Below, one piece after another: positions 55,015-64,000 of a stretch of DNA of 64,000 nt (position 1 is its first letter; the number at the start of each line of letters is the position of its first letter). Both the position numbers and the translations under genes were made by a program. The stretch is taken from assembly GCA_030646755.1 (NCBI GenBank), contig JAUSKU010000076.1, positions 5,162 to 69,161 on the forward strand, given 5' to 3'. The notes below the pieces were generated by a model. It was given only the letters and a program-made list of their open reading frames with translations, was not told the origin of the DNA and searched no databases. Source of the DNA: Deltaproteobacteria bacterium. Lineage in GTDB: Bacteria; Desulfobacterota; JAENJC01.

Positions 55015-57429
55015 ATGGCCTTACCAGCTCAAAAAAAGTTTTTGCTTCCCCTTTTTTTCCTTTCCGGCTTTTCAGCCCTTATCTATGAGGTTATATGGGC
55101 CAGGATGCTGACCCTTGTGTTCGGCTCCACGGTTGAGGCGATAAGCGCCGTCGTCACAGCCTTTATGGCAGGACTTGCTGTTGGAAGCTACTTCATGGGA
55201 AAGTGGGCGGATAGACGAAACAACACCTTGCTGATATATTCCATTACAGAGTTCGGCATCGGAATAGTCAGCCTCTTCTTTTACTTTATTATTATATACC
55301 TTCCTGATATCCATTCCACATTTCACGATATAGTAGATATTAAAACTTCCTTTGTAGTATTCAATAACAGCGGATATATCATGGATTTTCTCCTGGTCTT
55401 TATACCCGCAACCCTGATGGGTGCTACATTCCCATTGATGGTAAAATCTTATGTCTCATCCCGAAATTATGTGGGCGAGGGAATGAGCGTAATTTATGCC
55501 ATAAATACACTTGGGGCAGTATTTGGCGCTTTCTCTGCAGGATTTCTCCTGATCCCCTATTTTGGCGTAATGAGGACTGTTTTTATCGCAGTAACGATCA
55601 ATATCTTGCTGGCCATGGCCGCTTATCTGATAAAAAGGGTTCTCCCACTCAGACCAGCCATTTCAGTAATAACGCCTATACCACCCGCATTCCAGGATAA
55701 CGATACGTCGCGACCTCTGGCCCCGATTTCCCATACAGAACCGATTGCAGCATTCTCAGTACTGCTTGTTATGACCCTTTCAGGGTTTGCATCTCTCGCC
55801 TATCAGATCGCATGGACCAGGGTTCTGACCATGGTAATAGGGAACTCTGTTTATGCATTCGCTACAATACTAACAACCTTCCTGGCGGGTATAGCCATAG
55901 GGAGCTTTGCCTTTATCAGGCATATAGACAGGGTAAAAGACAAGATTCTTTTATTGGGAATCCTGCAGCTTTCCCTGTGGCTTTCAGTTGTCACCTTCCT
56001 TCCAAGGGTTGATTCTCTCCCATCCATCTTTCTGGCACTTTTCAGGCACCTACCTGCAAACTTCACGGGAATTATATTTATTGAATTCATTGTTACATTC
56101 ACCGTCGTCCTTCTCCCCACGATACTTATGGGCGCATCCTTCCCGGTTGCAGCAAGGATATACATAAACACAGTCGATTCAATAGGAGAAGGGTTGGGAA
56201 GGCTTTATGCCGTTAACACCGTAGGAGCTATCTTCGGCTCCTTTCTTACAGGCTTTATATTCATACCCGCTCTTGGTGTACAAAAGACCATATTCTTCAT
56301 ATCTGCCCTGAACCTCTTTTCCGGCATCATCCTTATAGGTCAGGCCGGAAGTTTACGGAAAACCTGGAGGATTTCTGTTCCCGCATTTTCGGTTATATTT
56401 TTCCTGTATTTCGGCGCTACAAACCATGACTGGAACAAGAACCTTTTGAACAGAGGGGTTTATGTCTACGCCGAATGGCTGAAAAAGCTCCCTGAGATGG
56501 GGGCAGACCTGGATAAGTTTTCAAGCCAGTTTGAACTACTTTATTATGAAGAAGGAAGGGGTGGAACTGTTGCTGTTTCTAAAACGCGAGACAGGGTGCT
56601 GTCCCTTCAAATAAACGGCAAGACCGATGCAAGCACAAGCGATGCAGATATGCAAACCCAAATCATGATAGCAGCCTTACCCCTTCTTACGCATCCTGAT
56701 CCTGAAGAGATTGCCATAGTAGGCTTGGGAAGCGGAGTTACTCTTGGAGCCGCTGAAAGGTTCCCTCTAAAAAAGATCGAATGCATAGAAATTATCCCTG
56801 AGGTTGTCAAGGCTAACAGGTATTTTACCAACTTCAATCACAATGCATTAGATGACCCCAGGGTATCCCTTATAATAGGAGATGCACGTCGTCATTTAAC
56901 TGTTTCCAGGAAGAAGTATGATATTATTATAGATGAGCCTTCAAATCCGTGGATAGCCGGGTCATCCAACCTTTTTACTTTAGAGTTTTTCCGGCTTGTA
57001 AAAGACAGGCTTAATGAAAACGGCATATTATGTCAATGGTTTAATCTTTATACAATCGATACATCCGAACTGAAGATCCTTCTTAACACGTTCAGAACCG
57101 TTTTCCCTCATGTGACTGTCTGGGCATTTTCAGAGGAAGATTTGATTATTTTGGGTTCCAACAATCCCTTACAGATTGACGAAGATCGTTTAGACTATGC
57201 CTTCTCTGAATTTGAAATAAAAAAAGAGCTTTTACGGGCCGGGATAGTAGATAAGGATCGAATCAAATCAGCATATTTGATCGGGAATAACGAACTTGAA
57301 AGATTTTGCAAGGGAGCCGGATTAAACACAGACAATAGGCCCGTCATAGAATTCGAGGCCCCAAAGAGGCTTTACCGTCCCACTACGGAAAAGAATATCT
57401 CGGCCATCCTTTCATCTGCATCATTTTAA
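55015..57429 (+). CDS. fused MFS-like membrane domain / spermidine synthase-like (polyamine aminopropyltransferase fold) protein
   Basis: Two 7-TM halves starting with FFLSGFSALIYEVIWARML are followed by a SpeE-like C-terminal domain (IVGLGSGVT...DIIIDEPSNPW). Confidence 0.75.
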   Translation: MALPAQKKFLLPLFFLSGFSALIYEVIWARMLTLVFGSTVEAISAVVTAFMAGLAVGSYFMGKWADRRNNTLLIYSITEFGIGIVSLFFYFIIIYLPDIHSTFHDIVDIKTSFVVFNNSGYIMDFLLVFIPATLMGATFPLMVKSYVSSRNYVGEGMSVIYAINTLGAVFGAFSAGFLLIPYFGVMRTVFIAVTINILLAMAAYLIKRVLPLRPAISVITPIPPAFQDNDTSRPLAPISHTEPIAAFSVLLVMTLSGFASLAYQIAWTRVLTMVIGNSVYAFATILTTFLAGIAIGSFAFIRHIDRVKDKILLLGILQLSLWLSVVTFLPRVDSLPSIFLALFRHLPANFTGIIFIEFIVTFTVVLLPTILMGASFPVAARIYINTVDSIGEGLGRLYAVNTVGAIFGSFLTGFIFIPALGVQKTIFFISALNLFSGIILIGQAGSLRKTWRISVPAFSVIFFLYFGATNHDWNKNLLNRGVYVYAEWLKKLPEMGADLDKFSSQFELLYYEEGRGGTVAVSKTRDRVLSLQINGKTDASTSDADMQTQIMIAALPLLTHPDPEEIAIVGLGSGVTLGAAERFPLKKIECIEIIPEVVKANRYFTNFNHNALDDPRVSLIIGDARRHLTVSRKKYDIIIDEPSNPWIAGSSNLFTLEFFRLVKDRLNENGILCQWFNLYTIDTSELKILLNTFRTVFPHVTVWAFSEEDLIILGSNNPLQIDEDRLDYAFSEFEIKKELLRAGIVDKDRIKSAYLIGNNELERFCKGAGLNTDNRPVIEFEAPKRLYRPTTEKNISAILSSASF

Positions 57430-57473
57430 ATATTATCAATGTCTAACCCCATGACGTTATATAAAGACGAGTA

Positions 57474-59225
57474 ATGAGATTCCTGTCTAATAAAAACCTG
57501 ACGTTACCTTTTCTGATCGCCCTTGTCACGTTTATAACCTATCTCCCGGCCCTGAACAACGATTTTGTGAACTGGGACGACCCGACCTATGTCTATGAAA
57601 ACCCGCATCTCCAATTATTAAATTTAGATTTCATAGAATGGGCCTTTTCATCAGTATATTTCAGCAACTGGCACCCTCTTACGATGATTTCCTATGCATT
57701 GGATTATTCCATCTGGGGGCTGAACCCATTTGGATACCACCTGACCAATATATTTTTTCATGCTTGCAATACCTTCCTGGTTTTCGTCCTGGTTGTGCGT
57801 TTGATAGAATGTCAACCCAACTCCCCCATCCCCCTTTTTAATAAAGAGGGGGTCAGGGGGCGTTATCCTTCATCCCTCGTTGCCGCCTCTGTAACCGCCC
57901 TTCTATTCGGCATCCACCCTATACATGTAGAGTCGGTTGCATGGGTGTCCGAAAGAAAGGATGTCTTATGCGCCTTTTTCTTTTTACTGGCCCTTCTCGT
58001 ATATCTCAGATATGTCTCTGCGAAAACCAGAACATCACTCCTCTATAGTCTGTGTCTCCTTCTCTTCGCAATGGCGCTGCTGAGCAAGCCTATGGCCGTG
58101 TCATTCCCTGTTGTCCTGCTGATACTGGACTTCTACCCCTTAAAGAGATTCCGGGCCGGAGATGAAAAGATTAAGAGAATCCTGGCGGAAAAACTGCCAT
58201 TCTTCCTGTTCAGCCTTTTGTCGTCATTGATGACCGTATGGGCGCAATATTTGGGAGGATCATTAAAACCGCTTGAAATCTATCCCCTTACTACTCGTTT
58301 CTTTGTAGCCATGTGGGCGATACTTTTCTATCTGTCAAAGATGCTCATCCCTCTTGACCTTGCCCCTTTTTACCCCTACCCTTCCCAAATCACCGCAACA
58401 CATATAGGGGCCTTTATCCTCGTATCCGGGCTGATCGCCTACTGCATTAAGAATAGACTTTTAACTGCCGTCTGGTCTTATTATATAATCACCCTTATTC
58501 CTGTCATCGGGATCGTGCAGGTCGCCGGATTCGCAGCAGCCGACCGTTATACATACCTGCCTAGCATAGGGCCGTTTATGCTTGCCGGCATTGCCATAAG
58601 CCTGCTCATTGAAGGCTATTCAAGATACAAAAAGGCAGTTGTTGCCGTGCTTGCAGGCCTGACTGTCCTTACTGTAAGTATGACAATAAAACAGATAGAG
58701 GTATGGAGGGACTCTATTACCCTCTGGTCTCATGAGATAAAGATATATCCTGATTTCTACAGCTCCTATTATAGCCGTGGGAATGCCTATATAAAATTGA
58801 ATAGATATGATGAGGTAATAAGCGATTATACCAAGGCCATTGAACTTAACCCTAAATACCTGGATGCCTACAATAACCGGGGGAACATCTATTTCGATTT
58901 GGGCAATTATCAGGCAGCATTATCGGATTATAATAAGGCGCTTGAACTCAACCCTCTGGACAGCCAGGTCTACACCAATCGAGGCAACGCATATCTCGGG
59001 TTGGGGGACTATGCTCAGGCAATAAAGAACCATGATAGGGCCATTGAGCTCAACCCAAACGACGCAACGGCTTACAACAATCGCGGTGCCGCCTATTTCA
59101 GATCAGGAAATTACGCCCATGCGATAAGGGACTTCAGCAGGGCCGTCGAGCTTGATCCGCAGTTCACTGATGCATATAACAATTTACAAGCGGCCGACCG
59201 CTCCTTTAAAGCCATCGATAGATAA
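57474..59225 (+). CDS. TMTC-like protein: DUF1736 membrane domain plus C-terminal TPR repeats (putative GT-C O-mannosyltransferase-like)
   Basis: FVNWDDPTYVYENPHL...NWHPLTMISYALDYSIWGLNPFGYHLTN and seven C-terminal TPR units (YNNRGNIYFDLGNYQAAL...). Confidence 0.65.
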   Translation: MRFLSNKNLTLPFLIALVTFITYLPALNNDFVNWDDPTYVYENPHLQLLNLDFIEWAFSSVYFSNWHPLTMISYALDYSIWGLNPFGYHLTNIFFHACNTFLVFVLVVRLIECQPNSPIPLFNKEGVRGRYPSSLVAASVTALLFGIHPIHVESVAWVSERKDVLCAFFFLLALLVYLRYVSAKTRTSLLYSLCLLLFAMALLSKPMAVSFPVVLLILDFYPLKRFRAGDEKIKRILAEKLPFFLFSLLSSLMTVWAQYLGGSLKPLEIYPLTTRFFVAMWAILFYLSKMLIPLDLAPFYPYPSQITATHIGAFILVSGLIAYCIKNRLLTAVWSYYIITLIPVIGIVQVAGFAAADRYTYLPSIGPFMLAGIAISLLIEGYSRYKKAVVAVLAGLTVLTVSMTIKQIEVWRDSITLWSHEIKIYPDFYSSYYSRGNAYIKLNRYDEVISDYTKAIELNPKYLDAYNNRGNIYFDLGNYQAALSDYNKALELNPLDSQVYTNRGNAYLGLGDYAQAIKNHDRAIELNPNDATAYNNRGAAYFRSGNYAHAIRDFSRAVELDPQFTDAYNNLQAADRSFKAIDR

Positions 59226-59291
59226 GCCTTCCAGAGGTATTGTCAACACATTTAGGTTGACTGAAAGGGCGCGTTCACGTATCATAACAAG

Positions 59292-61298
59292 GTGAAGAAA
59301 AGAAAGAAGCAGGAAAACCTTACTACGCAAAAAACCTCTATTTCACAAGCACATAGCGATCCTCAACAACATAGCGCTTTTATTTTTTCCGAGCATCTCC
59401 TGCCATTTATTACGGCTTTTTCTGTTGCCCTTATCACCTTCATAATCTACCTCCCCACCCTTAATAACGGCTTTGTAAACTGGGACGACCCCACATATAT
59501 CTACGAAAACCCGCACATACGCTTATTAAACCTCTCTTTTATAAAATGGGCCTTCTCATCTGTATACTTCAGCAACTGGCACCCGTTAACGGTGATCTCC
59601 TATGCATTGGATTATGCCGTATGGGGGCTAAACCCTTTCGGATACCACCTGACCAACATTGTTTTTCATGCGGCAAATACGTTTCTGGTTTTTGTCCTGG
59701 CTGTACGTTTAACCGAATGTGGAATAACTCAAAATTTAAAATTCAAAACTCAAAACTTTCAGTTGATCTCCGCCTCTGCAACCGCCCTTCTCTTTGGCAT
59801 ACACCCTGTCCATGTGGAGTCTGTTGCGTGGGTGTCTGAAAGAAAGGATGTCTTATGCGCCTTTTTCTTCTTATTAAGCCTTATTTCATACGTCAAATAT
59901 GTATCTGTAAAGACTACTAAGCCTTATGTCCTGAGTCTTGTCTTTTTCATACTGGCGCTGATGAGCAAACCGATGGCTGTCTCATTGCCTGCGGTACTGC
60001 TGATACTGGACTTTTATCCGTTAAAGAGATTCCAGGCCGGGAATGAAAAGATAAAAAGAGTCATGGTGGAAAAACTGCCTTTCTTTCTGTTCACCCTTTT
60101 GTCGTCATTGATAACCATATGGGCTCAATACTCTGAAGGAGCGTTAAAGCCGCTTGAAATCTATCCCCTTACTACCCGATTTTTTGTAGCCATATGGGCG
60201 ATACTTTTCTATCTGTCAAAAATGCTCCTTCCTCTCGACTTTGCCCCGTTTTACCCATACCCTTCCCAAATCACCATAATGCACATAGGGGCCTTTATCC
60301 TAGTGTCAGGACTGACAGCCTACTGCATTAAGAATAGACTCTTATCCGCCGTCTGGTCTTATTATATAATCACACTTATCCCTGTTATCGGAATAATTCA
60401 GGTTGGCAACTCTGCGGCGGCCGACCGTTATACATACCTGCCCTCCATAGGACTGTTCGTGCTTGTGGGCATAGCTATAGCCCGATTCATTGAAATGCAT
60501 TCGAAGTATAGAACGGCGGTAGCGGTCGTGCTTGCAGGCCTTGCTATTTTTACTGTAAGCATGACCATTAAACAGATAGGTGTGTGGAGGGACTCTATTA
60601 CCCTCTGGTCTCATGAAATTGCAATATTTCCCGAGACTATGGCAGCTCCTTATGATTACCGTGGGACCGCTTATAGCAAATTAGGCAATTATGAGAAGGC
60701 CATTGCGGATTTTAATATGGCAATAAAGTTAAACCCTGCTTATCCTGAGGCTTATAACAACAGGGGAGATGTTTATTTTAAATTGGGAGATTATCAGCAA
60801 GCAATCAAAAATTACAGTACCGCAATTGAGTTAGCTCCCGGATATGCCGAAGCTCATAATAACCGTGGACGTATCTATGCTATGCAAGGGAGACTTGATG
60901 AGGGGATGCATGAATTTCAGACTGCATTAAAATTGAAACCTATTTCAGAAGCCCACAGCAATCTGGGAAGCATCTATGCAAGTAAAGGAAGACTAACAGA
61001 AGCGATCGCTGAATTTCAGAAAGCGTTGAGTCTCGAGCCGGATGAACATATCTATTACTACGGCTTAGGTAATGTCTATCATACTCTGGAGCAGCTGGAT
61101 GAGGCCAAATATTATTATGAGGAAGCTTTACGTCTGAACGGGAATTTTGTAGAAGCCCATTACAGTTTAGGAGTAGTTTATATTAAAATGGGATTTAAAG
61201 AAAAAGGAATAATGGAATTAGAATCAGCGTTAAAGCTAAAACCTGGATTTGAACCTGCCCGCCAACTACTGGAATCCCTCATTACTTCCCGTCATTGA
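59292..61298 (+). CDS. TMTC-like protein, tandem paralog of 57474..59225 (GTG start)
   Basis: The N-terminal 450 aa are ~75% identical to the upstream paralog; longer TPR tail. Confidence 0.65.
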   Translation: MKKRKKQENLTTQKTSISQAHSDPQQHSAFIFSEHLLPFITAFSVALITFIIYLPTLNNGFVNWDDPTYIYENPHIRLLNLSFIKWAFSSVYFSNWHPLTVISYALDYAVWGLNPFGYHLTNIVFHAANTFLVFVLAVRLTECGITQNLKFKTQNFQLISASATALLFGIHPVHVESVAWVSERKDVLCAFFFLLSLISYVKYVSVKTTKPYVLSLVFFILALMSKPMAVSLPAVLLILDFYPLKRFQAGNEKIKRVMVEKLPFFLFTLLSSLITIWAQYSEGALKPLEIYPLTTRFFVAIWAILFYLSKMLLPLDFAPFYPYPSQITIMHIGAFILVSGLTAYCIKNRLLSAVWSYYIITLIPVIGIIQVGNSAAADRYTYLPSIGLFVLVGIAIARFIEMHSKYRTAVAVVLAGLAIFTVSMTIKQIGVWRDSITLWSHEIAIFPETMAAPYDYRGTAYSKLGNYEKAIADFNMAIKLNPAYPEAYNNRGDVYFKLGDYQQAIKNYSTAIELAPGYAEAHNNRGRIYAMQGRLDEGMHEFQTALKLKPISEAHSNLGSIYASKGRLTEAIAEFQKALSLEPDEHIYYYGLGNVYHTLEQLDEAKYYYEEALRLNGNFVEAHYSLGVVYIKMGFKEKGIMELESALKLKPGFEPARQLLESLITSRH

Positions 61299-61609
61299 GG
61301 CGGCCTGAATTTGTGATAATGCTAATATATTTCTATCGTTAGTGAACAAATCCCCAGTCTTTAGGCTGGGGATTCAGGCATCAGAAATCAAATGGCCTCC
61401 GCTTCGCTCCGGGCGGCCATTTATCCCCAGGCTTGAAAACCAGGGGTTTTCTGGCCGATTTTATAAAGATTGGGGCTTCAGGAGTATCGTTCTTTGAATA
61501 ATTAGAGGATGGGTTGTTGTAAAAACCCATCCTCTAACATGGCGCAGTACTTCGTTGAAATGCTTCTTTACATAGTAAGGTAAAAAATAATCAATAGACT
61601 CCTTAGTAG

Positions 61610-62887
61610 CTATCGTCCTTTTTGAGTATATTTCATTGTTAAGTAATCATAACCCCCGATATCGGAGTATGTCGTACCTGTTACATATACTGCTCCCGCA
61701 GCATCTACAGCGATATCTGATGACTCATCAGCGGAGCCTCCGTCAAATGTCCTCACCCACTTTTCATTTCCGCCTGTATCATATTTAATTGTAACAACAT
61801 TTGTCGGCATGTTAACAGGTTGGATTCTCCCGGTAATATAGATACCACTATCTACATCCATAGCCATAGCGGAAGGCTTTTCACCATTATTCCCGCTGTC
61901 ATATCTTGTTGTCCATTGCAAGCTACCGTTGACGTCATACTTGACAGTAACAATATTTGCTACCCGGTTACTGTTGTCACTTGAACCAGTCACGTAGACA
62001 TTCCCTGTAGCATCGACCATAATGGCTTCAGCCAAGTCCTCGTAACCATAGCCAGCATCGTAATTCCTAATCCACTGCTCATTCCCATTTGTATCATACT
62101 TTATTGTAGTGTAATCGTTCCATCCCCCTGCATTTTCGCTTCGCCCCGCTATATAAATATTGCCTGAAGAATCAACTAAGAGTGCGGCAGGCCTATCCTC
62201 AAAACCACCGTCATATCGCCTGGCCCATAATTCATTTCCATTAGGGTCATACTTTACAGTCGCAAAGTCAAAGCCGCCTGAAGAAGAGTCGCTATATCCT
62301 GTCACACATATATTCCCAGACGTATCTAAAGCAAGACCGAACGGGTAATCGCTCCATAACCCGCCATACCACTTAACCCACACCTCATTCCCATTCGCAT
62401 CATATTTTATTGTAGCATAATCATTTCCGCCGGAAGGGCCAATGCTACTTTTTGCTACATATATATTTCCAGAAAAATCAACGGCGATAGCATTACCGCC
62501 ATCCTTTACCCATAATTCATTTCCATTTGTATCATACTTTAGAGTGGCAGTAGTCCCTGTCACATAAACATTGCCGAAGGAATCAACAACCAAAGCAGAA
62601 GGCACATCCGGCATCGCCCAATACCCATTATCATACCGCTTGACCCACAGTTGATTCCCATTAGTATCATATTTTATTGTCGCATAGTCGGAATTTTCTC
62701 CCCAACTTGTTCCCGTCACATATACGTTACCCCACGGATCAAGTGAAACGGCAATCACCTTATCATTACCATGGACAGCTCCATCATATGTTCTTATCCA
62801 TTTTTCTATAGCAACTTGCGCCCCAGCATAATGCGGTAACAATAAAAACAGGAACGACATCACTGCAACGGATATTTTCCACCTCAT
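61610..62887 (-). CDS. secreted beta-propeller (SBBP-type) repeat protein
   Basis: Signal peptide MRWKISVAVMSFLFLLLPHYAGA; more than 8 repeats of YDTNGN(E/Q)LWV(K/R)RYDG. Confidence 0.65.
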   Translation of the reverse strand: MRWKISVAVMSFLFLLLPHYAGAQVAIEKWIRTYDGAVHGNDKVIAVSLDPWGNVYVTGTSWGENSDYATIKYDTNGNQLWVKRYDNGYWAMPDVPSALVVDSFGNVYVTGTTATLKYDTNGNELWVKDGGNAIAVDFSGNIYVAKSSIGPSGGNDYATIKYDANGNEVWVKWYGGLWSDYPFGLALDTSGNICVTGYSDSSSGGFDFATVKYDPNGNELWARRYDGGFEDRPAALLVDSSGNIYIAGRSENAGGWNDYTTIKYDTNGNEQWIRNYDAGYGYEDLAEAIMVDATGNVYVTGSSDNSNRVANIVTVKYDVNGSLQWTTRYDSGNNGEKPSAMAMDVDSGIYITGRIQPVNMPTNVVTIKYDTGGNEKWVRTFDGGSADESSDIAVDAAGAVYVTGTTYSDIGGYDYLTMKYTQKGR

Positions 62888-62985
62888 AATAACTCCTCCT
62901 TATCAATATAGTATTTTGATCTTTATATTCCACATTCATATCTCAAAAGCAGAGACCCTTTTTTCACCTCCTTTCTTGCCGATTT

Positions 62986-63035
62986 GACACAAAAAAAACG
63001 CCTCCCCAGATGATTTCCAGGAAAGGCGTTTCACT
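62986..63035 (-). terminator. rho-independent terminator for the minus-strand TMTC-like gene
   Basis: On the minus strand: aaacgcctttcctggaaatcatctggggaggcgtttttttt. Confidence 0.5.
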
Positions 63036-63061
63036 AAAAGCGTTGTTAAGGCTGGTTTTAT

Positions 63062-63085
63062 TGAATTGAATTGAATTGAATTGAA
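63062..63085. repeat. (GAATT)4-5 pentanucleotide microsatellite in the 3' region of the minus-strand TMTC-like gene
   Basis: ttattgaattgaattgaattgaattgc. Confidence 0.5.
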
Positions 63086-63230
63086 TTGCAGGAGACGTGC
63101 CATTGGAACCTCCTTCTTATCAACAGGGATTTTTGAACTAATTTGTCTTCCTATATATCTCGTTAAATCTTTAATGTCAATAAATATTTTGGGACGGTTT
63201 TACAGAGGAATCGGGCAGGTTTAACGGGGT

Positions 63231-64000
63231 TCAATTCTCAATTAAAGCAAGTTCCTGCCGGGCCGGATAAAAATCCGGCTTCAACTTCAGTGCCATTTCA
63301 AATGCCTCCCTCGCATTGTCCTTCACGCCCTTTGCGAGATATGCCTTCCCCAGATTAAAATAGACGTAGTGGTCCGGCTTAAGCTTTATAGCAGCCTGAT
63401 ACTCAAGTATGGCGTCATCAAGGCGCCCCATTTTATAATAGGTGTTTGCAAGATAGTTATAATATGAGGGGTCGTTTGGATTCAGCTCTATCGCTGCATT
63501 ATACTCCCGCACCGCCTCATCAAAGCACATCTGCTTAAGATATATGCTTCCCAGGCTACTGTGGTAGTATGGATTATTTGGGCTTAGCCTGATAGCCGCC
63601 TGATGCTGCCTTATGGCATCTTCAAGACGTCCGAGCTTGCCGTAAGTGACTCCAAGATTATAATTAGCATTAGTATGGAGCGGGTTCAACTCAACTGCCT
63701 TTTCAAGGTCGCTAACAGCCTTGGCATACTCTCCTCTCATCAGATAGGCCTGTCCGCGGTTGTTATACCCCAGTACCGTTTCTTGATTGAGTTTAATTTG
63801 ATGGGACCAGAGGGTTATAGAGTCCTGCCATATGCCTATTTGTTTTATTGTCTTGACGATCAAAATCCCTGATAGAAGGACCAAGATGCCTATGATGCCG
63901 GCCAGATAATGTTTTTTTGAAAGACCCTCAAAGACGCGTCCTATACCCAGCCCGGCAAGAAGGAATAGACTCAGGCTCGGTAGATACGTGTATCGGTCAG
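63231..64000 (-). CDS. TMTC-like protein, third paralog; the N-terminus lies beyond the window end
   Basis: TIKQIGIWQDSITLWSHQIK plus TPR repeats are colinear with the 57474 and 59292 products. The frame stays open upstream of the first in-window ATG (63884) to nt 64000. Confidence 0.6.
   Translation of the reverse strand, partial: DRYTYLPSLSLFLLAGLGIGRVFEGLSKKHYLAGIIGILVLLSGILIVKTIKQIGIWQDSITLWSHQIKLNQETVLGYNNRGQAYLMRGEYAKAVSDLEKAVELNPLHTNANYNLGVTYGKLGRLEDAIRQHQAAIRLSPNNPYYHSSLGSIYLKQMCFDEAVREYNAAIELNPNDPSYYNYLANTYYKMGRLDDAILEYQAAIKLKPDHYVYFNLGKAYLAKGVKDNAREAFEMALKLKPDFYPARQELALIEN

Noticed and set aside
54446-61609. tRNA or rRNA genes in the larger intergenic regions (54446..55014, 61299..61609, 62888..63230)
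   Set aside because: No GTTCRANYC T-loop-like sequence with an appropriate acceptor-stem context and no rRNA-like conserved blocks were seen on either strand.
1-64000. CRISPR arrays, integrases, transposases, phage genes
   Set aside because: There are no regularly spaced 25-40 bp direct repeats with unique spacers. No ORF shows integrase/transposase/DDE motifs. The repeats present are MITE-like or microsatellites.

Overview
The window looks like a chromosomal segment from an anaerobic Gram-negative bacterium. MetV/MetF-type MTHFR, a UxxC selenoprotein, TIGR03960 radical SAM next to RNase G, CcsA and MlaFED suggest a Desulfobacterota/Nitrospirota-like lineage; this is inference from gene content only. 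Housekeeping genes (rng, rsmA, carD, tatC, gatCA, a phosphomannomutase, metVF, thyX, purD, purH, mlaFED, alr, moaA/C/DE, aroE, ccsA) are interleaved with a very large accessory complement devoted to glycan/envelope modification. First, a ~17.5 kb co-directional, tightly overlapping Arn-like operon (351..17858) encodes an ArnC-like GT2, several ArnT/PMT-like GT-C transferases, a GT9, an RmlD-like reductase, a NodU-type carbamoyltransferase, an SGNH hydrolase, two zinc-ribbon SAM methyltransferases and three tandem B12-binding radical SAM enzymes. Second, the same module (SGNH hydrolase plus ArnT-like/TPR) recurs on the minus strand (34444..39487). Third, an expansion of TMTC-like (DUF1736 + TPR) putative O-mannosyltransferases sits at 16026, 57474, 59292 and 63231, next to a secreted beta-propeller protein. 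Two things are not visible in the ORF track: a TlpA/thioredoxin-like selenoprotein whose in-frame UGA (48622..48624) replaces the first Cys of CxxC, and a family of G-rich palindromic MITE-like elements, several of them inserted in-frame into coding genes (carbamoyltransferase, phosphomannomutase, possibly a TMTC-like gene). I also report short tandem repeats inside CDSs, a recurring 9-10 bp-phased motif array in two intergenic regions, and several promoter/terminator candidates. No rRNA, tRNA, CRISPR or integrase/transposase genes were recognised.
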